Origin: an uncultured Bacteroidales bacterium
GTDB taxonomy: Bacteria > Bacteroidota > Bacteroidia > Bacteroidales > UBA3663
NCBI GenBank assembly: GCA_902770595.1
Contig: CACXTQ010000007.1
Coordinates: forward strand, 237 to 64,236
DNA: 64,000 nucleotides
Direction: 5' to 3'
The stretch's first letter is position 1; each line of letters opens with the position of its first letter. Of the stretch, positions 9,861 to 18,950 are shown piece after piece. The position numbers and the translations under genes are program-made. Under the pieces are notes generated by a model. It saw only the letters and a list, made by a program, of their open reading frames with translations. It made no database searches and had not been told where the DNA came from.

Positions 9861-10124
9861 TCAGTTCAAACGCGGGTCAGAGCCCAAATTAACGAAATCA
9901 TCGCGGTCGATGCCCGTCATCAGCGACAGCGCAGTGATGGTAGCTGCTGGTGGCATCGCGTCGGCGGTGGCAAAATCACGGTATTTGATGGTCCAGGCAG
10001 AGCGGCCAGAATAGGATGCAAGCATCCGGAAGTCGTTCTGCCCGAGGCCCTGCAGATGGCACCAGCCGTTCTGACGGATGCCATCTATTATGCTCTGCTG
10101 TTGGTGAGTGTAAGTCTTGTTCAT
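9861..10124 (-). CDS. Small phage protein, possible HTH DNA-binding
   Basis: 87-aa ORF tightly packed between neighbours. Confidence 0.55.
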   Translation of the reverse strand: MNKTYTHQQQSIIDGIRQNGWCHLQGLGQNDFRMLASYSGRSAWTIKYRDFATADAMPPAATITALSLMTGIDRDDFVNLGSDPRLN

Positions 10125-10127
10125 ATC

Positions 10128-10664
10128 TTATTTGAAGTTGTAGAATCCGAATGGCATGGCGCGGCACACTCTGGCCGACTTGTCGAGGATGCCGGAACCC
10201 GTCATCATCTGCTCGAGCACCTCGCGTCCCTTGGGGCAGACGATGGAGCCATCGACCACCTGCAACACCTTCTTTCCGAAGAGGAGGGCGGTCATGAACT
10301 CGAGGATGCAGCCCTTGGAGTCCTGCCAGCCGTCGCATAGTACCAGGATATCGACCGAGGAGATGATGAACTTGATGTCTTCGCCCAGGGCGACGATGGA
10401 TGACGGGTTGTCGTAGCTGTTGTCGGTGGCATCGTCCGAGAGCTCGAGATTGTCATTGAGGCGCACAGGGTCGTAGATGTCATCGAAGGCCTTGAAGCCG
10501 TCGAGCTGGCCAACTATCGACTTGGTATAGGCGCCAGCGGCCTCGAGATCTTTATCCTGGATATGCTTCACGTATTTCTCGATGACCACCTTTGCCATGT
10601 CGATACGCTGCTCTATGTCATCGTCGGTGTGCCCGCTCATGGGCAGTGATATATAGAATGTCAT
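10128..10664 (-). CDS. DUF4406-like (nucleoside deoxyribosyltransferase-fold) protein
   Basis: FYISLPMSG ... DILVLCDGWQDSKGCILEFMTALLFGKKV motif. Confidence 0.75.
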   Translation of the reverse strand: MTFYISLPMSGHTDDDIEQRIDMAKVVIEKYVKHIQDKDLEAAGAYTKSIVGQLDGFKAFDDIYDPVRLNDNLELSDDATDNSYDNPSSIVALGEDIKFIISSVDILVLCDGWQDSKGCILEFMTALLFGKKVLQVVDGSIVCPKGREVLEQMMTGSGILDKSARVCRAMPFGFYNFK

Positions 10665-10680
10665 AAGTAGATAAGAATTG

Positions 10681-11004
10681 TTACGAAGTTACACTGTCTT
10701 TGCTGTATTTGCTCAATATTGACCGGAAGCTCTCATCGCATAAGTCCACAAATTTCTTTGCCTTTGCAAAATCTTCTGCAGTAGCAGGACTGAACACCTT
10801 GCTTGCCTCCAAGGGGGAGATCCACAGATGGGTACCGATGACACCATTGCGATAAGACCAGTCCTGCCCTTTGGCTAACACAAGGTAATCAATAAGGAAC
10901 TCTGGCTTGCGGTCATCAATTATCATATCCTCGATCCTGCCGATGCCGTTTTGACAAACGACGTAATCACCGATATGGAATCTGATGGTCTTTTTCTCGC
11001 TCAT
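10681..11004 (-). CDS. Phage hypothetical protein
   Basis: 107-aa ORF, 4-bp overlap with upstream gene. Confidence 0.6.
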   Translation of the reverse strand: MSEKKTIRFHIGDYVVCQNGIGRIEDMIIDDRKPEFLIDYLVLAKGQDWSYRNGVIGTHLWISPLEASKVFSPATAEDFAKAKKFVDLCDESFRSILSKYSKDSVTS

Positions 11005-11216
11005 TTCTCAGGTTCATTATCTGGTGACCACTTCAACGAACCGAGGACCTTGCCGTTGTTATCTTTTATATGGAACTTGACGGTCCCCGCATTGCACTTG
11101 GAGCCTATCTTGTCGAGGAAGGAGGCGGCCTCCCCAAGTTCCTGGGAATTGACTGGTGTGCTGTCCGGGACGGTGACGATTACATGCCCGTGCAGGGACT
11201 TAACTCTTATTTTCAT
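11001..11216 (-). CDS. Phage hypothetical protein
   Basis: 71-aa ORF overlapping both neighbours. Confidence 0.5.
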   Translation of the reverse strand: MKIRVKSLHGHVIVTVPDSTPVNSQELGEAASFLDKIGSKCNAGTVKFHIKDNNGKVLGSLKWSPDNEPEK

Positions 11217-11442
11217 CTTGCTTGGCTTTTTTCTTGTGATAATATCTGCTTCTCATATCACGAAGTCGGAGCATCTGTTTGCCGCCGAAGCTGACAATGC
11301 GCCGATATCTGATGCGGTGATATGTATTCATGCACTCACGGCAATATGCCTGGTGACCATCTTTTGTGATCTTCGACTTGTAGAACTCGCTCAACGGGAG
11401 TTCCTTCCCGCAGTACCGGCATCTTTTGGTCTCGACTTCCAT
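11200..11442 (-). CDS. Small Zn-finger phage protein
   Basis: KRCRYCGKELPLSEFY...YCREC motif. Confidence 0.7.
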   Translation of the reverse strand: MEVETKRCRYCGKELPLSEFYKSKITKDGHQAYCRECMNTYHRIRYRRIVSFGGKQMLRLRDMRSRYYHKKKAKQDENKS

Positions 11443-11445
11443 GGA

Positions 11446-12393
11446 TCAATATTTCAGTTTGACGGGTTGGCAACGGCGGTTATAGAGCTTCTCCATCATC
11501 TCGCAGGTATCCTTGACGGTGGCCGACGGGTAGAGGTAGGACGGATAGGCGATGGCATTGCGGCGCAGTCGCCTCGGGTCGAAGTCGGGGTTGTTGAAAT
11601 ATATTGTCAGCCAGGCGCGGCACCACTTGGTAGACTCGATGATCATGTGCGAAGGCGTCATGTAGTTGGGCGATGTGGCATACTCCATGAGGAGGTTGCA
11701 GACCTTCTCGCGCTTCTCTATGGCATCCATCTCGAGCTGTCCGCTCTGGATAACCTGGTTGGGATTGGCGGCAACGCCCTTGGTGGCCACCACGTCAATC
11801 ACCGACTTGGGGATCTTGGGGAACTTGAGGTAAAGCTGCTCGAGCAACACGTAGCTCTCGACGCCCTCTGCCGAGTAGGACGAGACGAAGTCCGACTTGG
11901 TCCAGTTCTTGTGCGACGTGTTGTAGTTGCGTGCCTGGACAACGCCGTAGTCGCTCATAATGATGTAGTCGATGGGGAGTCCGAGGTATCGGCGGGCGAA
12001 GAACCTGTTCTGCCCGTCGATGATCTCGAAATTGTCGTTGACGATGATGGGCGACATCATCGGGCAACGTGCCATCGACTTGACGATGGTCAGCCAGTGG
12101 TCAACGCCGCGGTTAAGGCCCTCGTCCATGAGCGAGAAGGCGTTGTAGTCGTAAGTCGTCCACACTGGCCGACCATCGATGACCACTGCATCCGCACGTT
12201 CGCGCCTCGAGTGGTCGATATCGCACCAACGGGAGCCGTCGGCATGCTCTATGCAGCGCTCCAGCTCAGCCTCGGTCATGAAGCCGCCATCGACGGCAGC
12301 CCGCATCAGCTGGCGCACCCTGTGCTGATGGGCAGCAACAGCGGCCGACATCTCGGCCTGCTGCTTGCCCTGCTCTTCTTTCTTGATGTTCAT
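11446..12393 (-). CDS. ParB/Srx N-terminal-domain phage protein
   Basis: PIIVNDNFEIIDGQNRFFA motif. Confidence 0.75.
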   Translation of the reverse strand: MNIKKEEQGKQQAEMSAAVAAHQHRVRQLMRAAVDGGFMTEAELERCIEHADGSRWCDIDHSRRERADAVVIDGRPVWTTYDYNAFSLMDEGLNRGVDHWLTIVKSMARCPMMSPIIVNDNFEIIDGQNRFFARRYLGLPIDYIIMSDYGVVQARNYNTSHKNWTKSDFVSSYSAEGVESYVLLEQLYLKFPKIPKSVIDVVATKGVAANPNQVIQSGQLEMDAIEKREKVCNLLMEYATSPNYMTPSHMIIESTKWCRAWLTIYFNNPDFDPRRLRRNAIAYPSYLYPSATVKDTCEMMEKLYNRRCQPVKLKY

Positions 12394-12592
12394 TGCTTTT
12401 GTCTTGAATAATAAGTTAAACTAACATTGATGCCTCAATCGGGATTTTCCTCCTCCTCTTCCGGAGATCCCCAGCAATCTGAGGAGTAAGGACAGCGCAA
12501 GTCGCACTCGCCGCCATTGGAGCAAGGAGGCTCCACCTTCCAGGCATCATAGAGACCTGGGGAAATACGCTCTGCCATCTTGAGGAGATTTA

Positions 12593-12994
12593 TCAGACCT
12601 CATAGGGTTGCTCATCCTCCATCATTTCAGAGGGCACAAGTCCATCGTTGACGTCTCTGCTCAATACAAGCTCGACACGTACCGGCTCGTCATCCCAGGT
12701 GGGGAGGCCTTCGACCTGTGCCAGCTCTTCACGTGAGAGCACATCGCCAAGCGACAGGAAACTGGCATCATCGTTCCACCACATGCCATGAGACTGCCCT
12801 TTGCTGTCGGTCCAGTTCTGACGCCATGGACGCTTCAAGCACACATACGACTCGCCATCTTCGTCGGTGACGATCCACCCGGTGAAAAGCACGTCTTTCT
12901 CACACTTGGCAGGAATCAGCACCGTAATGATGAAGACGAAGAGAGCGATGGCCATCATGACCAGGCCAAGCACGAAAATCAGATTTGCATTCAT
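12593..12994 (-). CDS. Phage membrane-anchored hypothetical protein
   Basis: N-terminal hydrophobic helix, 133 aa. Confidence 0.6.
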   Translation of the reverse strand: MNANLIFVLGLVMMAIALFVFIITVLIPAKCEKDVLFTGWIVTDEDGESYVCLKRPWRQNWTDSKGQSHGMWWNDDASFLSLGDVLSREELAQVEGLPTWDDEPVRVELVLSRDVNDGLVPSEMMEDEQPYEV

Positions 12995-13013
12995 AGTCTT
13001 TACCGTTTTAGTG

Positions 13014-13334
13014 TTAGCCCTGTACTGGCACCTTCTCGAGGCCGACGATGCTCACGTCGTTGTTGTAGAAGTTACGGGAGGAACGGCAGACGAAGTGGAT
13101 GTCGGCATTCACGGTGTCACCCACCTTGAGTCCCATCTGCTGTGTGTAGGACACCCACTGGGAGCCGAGGGTGATCTGCACGGAGTTCTCGACGTCGATG
13201 GGGTTGCCCGACGAGTCCCGGGTCTGTTCGTTCCAGCCGAGGATGAGGTCTGACACGGTGTACGAGTTGCCTGTGCGGCTGATGCCGCTACGTGGTGCGC
13301 TGAGCACCTTTACTTTTGCATTCTGGATAAGCAT
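13014..13334 (-). CDS. DUF3127-like OB-fold (SSB-like) protein
   Basis: RSGISRTGNSY...LKVGDTVNADIHFVCR..NFYNNDV pattern. Confidence 0.7.
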   Translation of the reverse strand: MLIQNAKVKVLSAPRSGISRTGNSYTVSDLILGWNEQTRDSSGNPIDVENSVQITLGSQWVSYTQQMGLKVGDTVNADIHFVCRSSRNFYNNDVSIVGLEKVPVQG

Positions 13335-13352
13335 GAGTTTGAGTTTTTGAAG

Positions 13353-13595
13353 TTATTGGAAAAGTTTACTGATGTTGTTGTACGGCACGAGGCCGTTATA
13401 GACCTCCTCCGAGTCCTCTTCGACGAGGTTGTCAGAGGCGAGGTAACTGTCGAGAGCCGTCACCGCCTGCTCGAGCAGGTCACGGAGTTCGCACGGTGGC
13501 GGCTCTGTCTGTGAGGTAGCGCAGCGCAGGGCCTTGCCGACGAGGGCGAGGGCTTCTGCAGCCTTGGTGTAGTCGTGGACGTAGACCTTCATCAT
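13353..13595 (-). CDS. Phage hypothetical protein
   Basis: Start MMKVYV coupled to upstream stop (ATGA overlap). Confidence 0.55.
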   Translation of the reverse strand: MMKVYVHDYTKAAEALALVGKALRCATSQTEPPPCELRDLLEQAVTALDSYLASDNLVEEDSEEVYNGLVPYNNISKLFQ

Positions 13596-14137
13596 TTCAG
13601 TTCTTGAACGTCCGAAGGTTTGCCCAGCCACTGGGCGTAGGCCATGGTCACCGACATGGGCTTCGTCTTGGGGTTCTCCTGGCACATGAGCCAATCGTGC
13701 TCATAGTAGAAGATCCAGTCGAGGTGCAAGTCTATCCACTTGGTGATGGCAGCGCTTCGTGTGCCCATGCAGACGTTGCCGTCCACGTCCATCAGGTGGA
13801 AGTAGTAGTCGCCATTGTCGGCCTTGTAGATGCCCATCCGGGAGAGGCCCTTCATCAGAAGCAGGAAGTCATGCTTTGGGTCGAGGTCGAAATGATCGGC
13901 GAAAATCTCGAACTGCACCTGCTTCACTCGGTAGAGGAATGCGCTCACGTGGCATTCGTATTCGCCCGTCGGCAGCAGGATGTATTTGAACACTTGTCGG
14001 CCCTGGGCGTTGGCCTTGGCATTGAGCCAGTTCTCTTCGAGAGCTGATGACTCGAATGAAGTCTCGGGGGCATCGACATACTTGACTTCTGCATCTGGCC
14101 ACGGATATGGCTTGGTGATATCGTGAATCTTCATCAT
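13592..14137 (-). CDS. Phage hypothetical protein
   Basis: 181-aa ORF, ATGA overlaps at both ends. Confidence 0.65.
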   Translation of the reverse strand: MMKIHDITKPYPWPDAEVKYVDAPETSFESSALEENWLNAKANAQGRQVFKYILLPTGEYECHVSAFLYRVKQVQFEIFADHFDLDPKHDFLLLMKGLSRMGIYKADNGDYYFHLMDVDGNVCMGTRSAAITKWIDLHLDWIFYYEHDWLMCQENPKTKPMSVTMAYAQWLGKPSDVQELK

Positions 14138-14298
14138 TTGATCAATCTGTATTTAACGTGTAGAACATAGACAGCCAGGGCGGCTCCAACGATGGTCTGT
14201 GTGAGGAACTGGGTCTGATGACACACACAGAACGCTACATAACTCGCGGCTGCAAAGAGCAGCAGGACAATAATAGAGGATTTAACTAACTTTTTCAT
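14134..14298 (-). CDS. Small two-TM phage protein
   Basis: MKKLVKSSIIVLLLFAAASYVAF..., 54 aa, hydrophobic. Confidence 0.5.
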   Translation of the reverse strand: MKKLVKSSIIVLLLFAAASYVAFCVCHQTQFLTQTIVGAALAVYVLHVKYRLIK

Positions 14299-14320
14299 AA
14301 GTACAATAATAAGAATTAAA

Positions 14321-14539
14321 CTACTTGGTCGCGTCCTCGTAGCCGCACTTGACGGCGTTGCCTCGATGGACGTAATGACCTGATGAATCACGAACTACAT
14401 ATCGGCAGCAGTCGCAGACATTGCCCACCATGTAGGGATAGTCGTACCCGTTGATTGTCTCATGGGTCAGCCCATAGGGACAGGGTACATTGTCGTAGCC
14501 GGTTGTTGGGTCTCGGCCGCCCTGGATGACTTTTGGCAT
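14321..14539 (-). CDS. First early-lytic gene, Cys-rich hypothetical
   Basis: 72 aa, PCPYG...VGNVCDCCRY; directly below the minus-strand promoter. Confidence 0.55.
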   Translation of the reverse strand: MPKVIQGGRDPTTGYDNVPCPYGLTHETINGYDYPYMVGNVCDCCRYVVRDSSGHYVHRGNAVKCGYEDATK

Positions 14540-14563
14540 TTTTCAAAAACTTTCTTATATTTG
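14532..14563 (+). promoter_or_regulatory. Repressor (lysogenic) promoter
   Basis: TTTG 14532-14535, 20-nt spacer, TATATTTG 14556-14563. Confidence 0.65.
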
Positions 14564-14610
14564 CAATAGGAAAAATATTTTTGCGTGGTGCAAAGTATTT
14601 TTTCACGGTG

Positions 14611-14642
14611 CAAATATAAGGACATTTAGAATTACCTCCAAA
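14611..14642 (-). promoter_or_regulatory. Early lytic promoter
   Basis: Minus-strand TTTG (14642-14639), 20-nt spacer, TATATTTG (14618-14611). Confidence 0.7.
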
Positions 14643-14717
14643 TTTTTTCCGAACTTTTTTTGATTTTTCTCTAAAAAAGTTCAAAAAACATCGATTATTT
14701 ACTAAAAACATAGCAAA

Positions 14718-15161
14718 ATGAGCACAATTAAAGAAAGAATCATCGAAATAATTGAGGCCAAGAATACAAATCTGTACTCTTTCGAGCGTCAATGCGGTTT
14801 CTCAAATGGTTACATTAAGAGTATCAAAGAAGATATCGGCTCGACTAAAATCGAAAAGATACTTAGAGTATTTCCCGACATTTCCCCCACCTGGCTAGTT
14901 CTCGGAGAAGGGCCAATGTTTAAGAAGGACATCTCCTCAGAGGCACATCAGGAAGAAGAAGGAGGCACAAATGCCAACTCCGACGATCACGACGTGTTAA
15001 ATAAATCTAAAAAATACGACTTCGACGTAGAGGAAGAAATCAAGCAGTTGCGCAACGAAGTAGAGCGACTGAAAGAACGGCTCGAAGTCAAGAACGAGGA
15101 GATAGATTTTTACCGCGCCACCATATCCTCTGCCCTGAAGATCAAGAAAGACGAGGAATGA
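14718..15161 (+). CDS. Phage CI-like HTH repressor
   Basis: IKERIIEII...FERQCGFSNGYI...ISPTWLVLGEGPM HTH; C-terminal coiled coil; divergent from early genes. Confidence 0.85.
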   Translation: MSTIKERIIEIIEAKNTNLYSFERQCGFSNGYIKSIKEDIGSTKIEKILRVFPDISPTWLVLGEGPMFKKDISSEAHQEEEGGTNANSDDHDVLNKSKKYDFDVEEEIKQLRNEVERLKERLEVKNEEIDFYRATISSALKIKKDEE

Positions 15162-15377
15162 CCCACATCGTGCAACCATACTGGGTAACTATAGTAGGTA
15201 ACTTTACCAGGTAACTATCCACCACGCCCATTTTGCTGGCTTCAGCAAAAAAAAATGGTGGAAACTTCTCGCCAAAAAGGTTGCCAAATCCTCGCCGAAT
15301 CACCATCACCGCCACACCATCAACCCCACTCCCATGCCCACCAATCACGCATCAATAGAGGGAGCCTCGAATCGCGA

Positions 15378-15396
15378 GACCCCCTCCAGCTCCACA
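15378..15396 (+). other. Prophage att site: duplicated 3' end of tmRNA (ssrA)
   Basis: GACC-CCCTC-CAGCTCC-A-CA = half T-loop, T-stem 3' strand, tmRNA acceptor strand CAGCTCC and discriminator A; no upstream tmRNA body. Confidence 0.65.
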
Positions 15397-15437
15397 AAAA
15401 TCCTATGTGGAATTTACTCTGCATAGGATTTTTTTTA
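15397..15437 (+). terminator. Intrinsic terminator (displaced native ssrA terminator)
   Basis: AAAATCCTATGTGGA...TCTGCATAGGATTTTTTTT. Confidence 0.8.
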
Positions 15438-15488
15438 AACTCCCCTTTTTATTCGTATCTTTGCGGCGCATTATTAATAAATCAGACT

Positions 15489-15761
15489 ATGGAATCACTA
15501 TTTGACATCTGCGGCCTTGTTGGCAGCATCGGCCTTGTGCTGGGTTATCTCCCTCAGGCCATTCAGACCATTCGCACACGCAACACCGACGGCATCTCAC
15601 TGCCGGGCTTCATCATGATGGCCGTAGGTGCCTTCGGCTTTCTGACACAAGGTCTTATCAGCGCAAATTATTACATCACGCTCACCAACTTCATCACATT
15701 CGTATGTAGCGTCATCATCTTTGGCATCAAAATGTACAACGACTACTTCAAGAAGCCGTGA
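15489..15761 (+). CDS. SemiSWEET/PQ-loop transporter
   Basis: YLPQAIQTIRTRNTDGIS motif, 3 TM, 90 aa; TATCTTTG upstream. Confidence 0.85.
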   Translation: MESLFDICGLVGSIGLVLGYLPQAIQTIRTRNTDGISLPGFIMMAVGAFGFLTQGLISANYYITLTNFITFVCSVIIFGIKMYNDYFKKP

Positions 15762-15952
15762 CAGAAGCTGGCAATGGAATCAGTCCTTTCTCGTTCTATC
15801 CTCCGAAACCGAAGGCGCAGCATCGCGTGGTGCTGTGCCTTTGCAGCTTTATAACATCAGAAAGGACAACATTCTTTTGAAAAAACGGTCCGAAATTTGC
15901 AAATGCATTAGGTAGAAAAATCGTTTCATTCGTATTTATCAATAAAAAGTTT

Positions 15953-17269
15953 ATGAAAAGCAGAATCATTCTTCTTCTGATGTCATTCCTGCCATGCTCG
16001 CAACTGATGGCGCAGGCACGGGTGACCGTCACCAACCCCAGCAGCCTGCAGCGACAGGAACTGGTCGCCATCGATGCGCAGCAGGTCTATGACCTCGTGG
16101 GCATCAGTCAGGGCGAGCCCTTCGTCGTGAGCCAGGTGGTGGGGCAAAAGCCCGACGGAAGTGACAAGCTGCGCGAAGTCGATTTCCAGGTCACCTACGA
16201 CGGCAAGCTGCTCATCGACGCATCGGTGCAGCCCGGTCGGACGACAGAATACGTGGTGGAGCGAGGCGTGCCCCGCAGGATGCGCTCCTACGACACCCTG
16301 CCCCAGCGCACAGCAGCAGGCGGATGGGGCGTGGGCAAGGTATGGACCGAAGGACGTCTCTACCCCGAACGTCTCGACGACATCGCCTGGGAGAACGATC
16401 GCGGCGCCTATCGCGTCTATGGACCCGCCTTCCAGCGCAACGGCAGCATCGGCTATGGCCCCGACGTGTGGGTCAAGAACACGCCCGAACTCGTCGTAGC
16501 GCGCCGTTTCAGCATGGAGATCGACATCAAGCCCACGCAGCGCCAGCTCAGTCGTGCAGGCTATAAGGCAGAAGCCGACCAGCTGGTCGATGACAACTCG
16601 TTCCACATCGACCACGGCATGGGCAACGACTGCTATGCCGTAGGTGCCACCCTCGGATGCGGAGCACCAGCCATCCTGTCGGCCGACGGCAACATCTGCT
16701 TCCCCTACGCCTGGCAGCAGTACGAGATACTCGACAACGGCCCGCTGCGCTTCACGATGAGCCTCGTCTTCGGCGACACCCTCATCGAAGGTCGCCGCCT
16801 GCAGGAGCATCGCATCATCTCGCTCGACAAGGGCTCCAACTTCAATCGCGTCGAAGTGTGGTACGAAGACCTTTCCTCCGGCAATCGCCACGACAAGCCC
16901 CTCACCGTCTGTGCCGGCTTCCCGCTCCATGCGCCCAACGAATCGACCGTGGTGCTTGGCAACGACTTTATCCAGTATGCCGACCCGACGGACAATCCTA
17001 CAGCCAATGCCTTTCAGCTCTATGTAGGTTGCCTCTTCCCTGAGGGGGAAGTGAGCACACGCACCGACTTCGGACACGCCATCGGCGTCACCACACTCAA
17101 GGTGGGCGAACACTGGACCTACTATGCAGGTTCCGCCTGGAGCAAATACGACGTCCGCAACCAGCTGGAATGGCAGGCCCGCATCAACACCGTCCTCCAG
17201 GCCCTGCGCAGCCCGTTGGAAACAATGGTCTCCAAGCCCGATTCCGCTACAGACACGACGCAAAAATAA
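15953..17269 (+). CDS. DUF4861-like exported protein
   Basis: Signal peptide; PERLDDIAWENDRGAYRVYGP and FHIDHGMGNDCYAVG motifs. Confidence 0.8.
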   Translation: MKSRIILLLMSFLPCSQLMAQARVTVTNPSSLQRQELVAIDAQQVYDLVGISQGEPFVVSQVVGQKPDGSDKLREVDFQVTYDGKLLIDASVQPGRTTEYVVERGVPRRMRSYDTLPQRTAAGGWGVGKVWTEGRLYPERLDDIAWENDRGAYRVYGPAFQRNGSIGYGPDVWVKNTPELVVARRFSMEIDIKPTQRQLSRAGYKAEADQLVDDNSFHIDHGMGNDCYAVGATLGCGAPAILSADGNICFPYAWQQYEILDNGPLRFTMSLVFGDTLIEGRRLQEHRIISLDKGSNFNRVEVWYEDLSSGNRHDKPLTVCAGFPLHAPNESTVVLGNDFIQYADPTDNPTANAFQLYVGCLFPEGEVSTRTDFGHAIGVTTLKVGEHWTYYAGSAWSKYDVRNQLEWQARINTVLQALRSPLETMVSKPDSATDTTQK

Positions 17270-17382
17270 TTTGTTTCCACCCGTCTTGGGAAGAAAAAAT
17301 GAAATGATTCGTCATTTTTTCCTGTTTGGATTTGGTGGTAAGCACGAATTTGATTATCTTTGCGGCGTTAATTACTACTGCA

Positions 17383-18357
17383 ATGAAACCATACAAGTTT
17401 GAACCCATCCTGAAATCCACCATCTGGGGAGGATATCAGATTGCCCCATTCAAGGGCATTTACACCGCGCAGCCCAACATCGGCGAGAGCTGGGAGATCA
17501 GTGGCGTGCCCGGTCAGGACAGCGTGGCCATCGAACGCGGCCTTATCGACGACGTCGATGTGGGACTCACCCTCACGCAGCTCATCGACAAGTACAAGGG
17601 GCTGCTCGTAGGCAACAAGGTCTATAAGCGCTTCGGCAACAAGTTCCCCCTGCTCGTCAAGTTCATCGACTCGCGCCAGGATCTGAGCGTGCAGGTGCAT
17701 CCCGACGACAAACTCGCCCAGGAGCGTCACGGCTGTGCAGGCAAGACCGAGATGTGGTACATCATCAAGAGCGACGTAGGCGCCAAGATCTATGCAGGCC
17801 TCAAGAAGAGCATCACGCCCGAGGACTACGAGCAGATGGTGACCACCGACTCACGCGAGGGCGAGAATCCCATGGCAAATGTCATAGCCACCCACGAGGC
17901 ACATCAAGGCGACCTGTTCTTCCTCCCTGCCGGACGTCTGCATGCCATCGGTGCCGGATGCTTCCTCGCCGAAATCCAGCAGACCAGCGACATCACCTAT
18001 CGCGTATATGACTTCGGACGCAAGGATGCCCATGGCAAGCCGCGCGAGCTCCATATCGAGCAGGCCAAGGATGCCATCGACTACCAGGTGTGGCCCGAGT
18101 ACAGGACATCCTACGACAGCACACGTCCCATCACGCAGCTCATCAACTGCCCCTACTTCATCGTGCATCGCGTGGTCGTGCAGGTGGCGCAGCAGATCGA
18201 CTTCCATTGCGACTCGTTCGTCGTGGTGGTCTGCCTGTGGGGTGAAGCCAACATCAACGGCGTCAAGGTGCGCCAGGGCGAGACCTTGCTCGTGCCCGCC
18301 TCCGAAAACACGCTCTACATCTTCGGCAACGCCACCTTCCTCACGGCAACAATGTAG
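17383..18357 (+). CDS. manA: Mannose-6-phosphate isomerase, class I
   Basis: IWGG, GESWEIS, FPLLVKFID, LSVQVHP, GKTEMWY, HAIG, EIQQTSD motifs. Confidence 0.92.
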   Translation: MKPYKFEPILKSTIWGGYQIAPFKGIYTAQPNIGESWEISGVPGQDSVAIERGLIDDVDVGLTLTQLIDKYKGLLVGNKVYKRFGNKFPLLVKFIDSRQDLSVQVHPDDKLAQERHGCAGKTEMWYIIKSDVGAKIYAGLKKSITPEDYEQMVTTDSREGENPMANVIATHEAHQGDLFFLPAGRLHAIGAGCFLAEIQQTSDITYRVYDFGRKDAHGKPRELHIEQAKDAIDYQVWPEYRTSYDSTRPITQLINCPYFIVHRVVVQVAQQIDFHCDSFVVVVCLWGEANINGVKVRQGETLLVPASENTLYIFGNATFLTATM

Positions 18358-18390
18358 TCAAATTCGTCAACTTTGCAATCACTTCTATAT

Positions 18391-18423
18391 GCAAACCGCC
18401 CACAAAGGGCGGTTTGCTTTTTA
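18391..18423 (+). terminator. Intrinsic terminator after manA
   Basis: GCAAACCGCCC-ACAAA-GGGCGGTTTGC-TTTTT. Confidence 0.85.
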
Positions 18424-18492
18424 TGCGTAGACTGACAATGGCAAAAATATTAGTTGTTTCTTTGCGGCACGATCTTTGATTTATTGAGGAAG

Positions 18493-18853
18493 AAGTACTC
18501 TGACGGGAGACAGAGTACTTGCGCAAATGGAGGAAGCATCGTGACGGCCGACAGGATGCTTGATGCAGGAGGATTGAGCACTCTGACGGCCGACAGAGTG
18601 CTTGCGCAAATGGAGGAAGCATCGTGACGGGCGACAGAATGCTTACTTCTGGAGAATCGGGTACTCTGACGGGCGATAGAGTACTTGTTCCAATCGGAGA
18701 ATGGCCATTCTTGGCCAAGATTGGTTATGCTTCGATTAGATAGAGCATCCTGACGGGCGACACGATGCTTGCTCCTGCAGGAATGAGTACTCTGACGGGC
18801 GACAGAGTACTTTCGCAATCGGAGAAAGCATCCTCTCGGCCGACAGAGTGCTT
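18493..18853 (+). repeat. Array A: nine 28-bp hairpin units at 41-42-bp period
   Basis: Unit starts 18493, 18534, 18576, 18617, 18659, 18701, 18743, 18785, 18826; 10-bp arms around ACGG(G/C)CGA core; the unit at 18701 is a different palindrome. Confidence 0.9.
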
Positions 18854-18950
18854 GAGGCGATTGAATATTGCCGAGGATACACGAATAGTCGTGAATCGAC
18901 ATGAATTATTATTCGCTTGGCGAAAATGAAACCCTATTTCAGATCGTGGC

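Larger units (their letters stand above)
1..15396. mobile_element. Temperate prophage, right arm (continues beyond left edge), apparently integrated at the tmRNA 3' end
   Basis: Co-oriented minus-strand run of capsid, ClpP, primase-helicase and small early genes; divergent HTH repressor at 14718; tmRNA 3'-end-like duplicate at 15378-15396 followed by host genes. No integrase in window. Confidence 0.9.

Noticed and set aside
10951-12411. 486-aa plus-strand ORF and similar long antisense ORFs (e.g. 7672..8991, 34847..36703, 21254..22609)
   Set aside because: Shadows of GC3-rich genes on the opposite strand; no recognisable motifs.
15255-15488. N-terminal extension of the SemiSWEET ORF, or an intact tRNA/tmRNA here
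   Set aside because: The extension crosses the att site and terminator, so the real start is 15489; only a 3' fragment of tmRNA is present.
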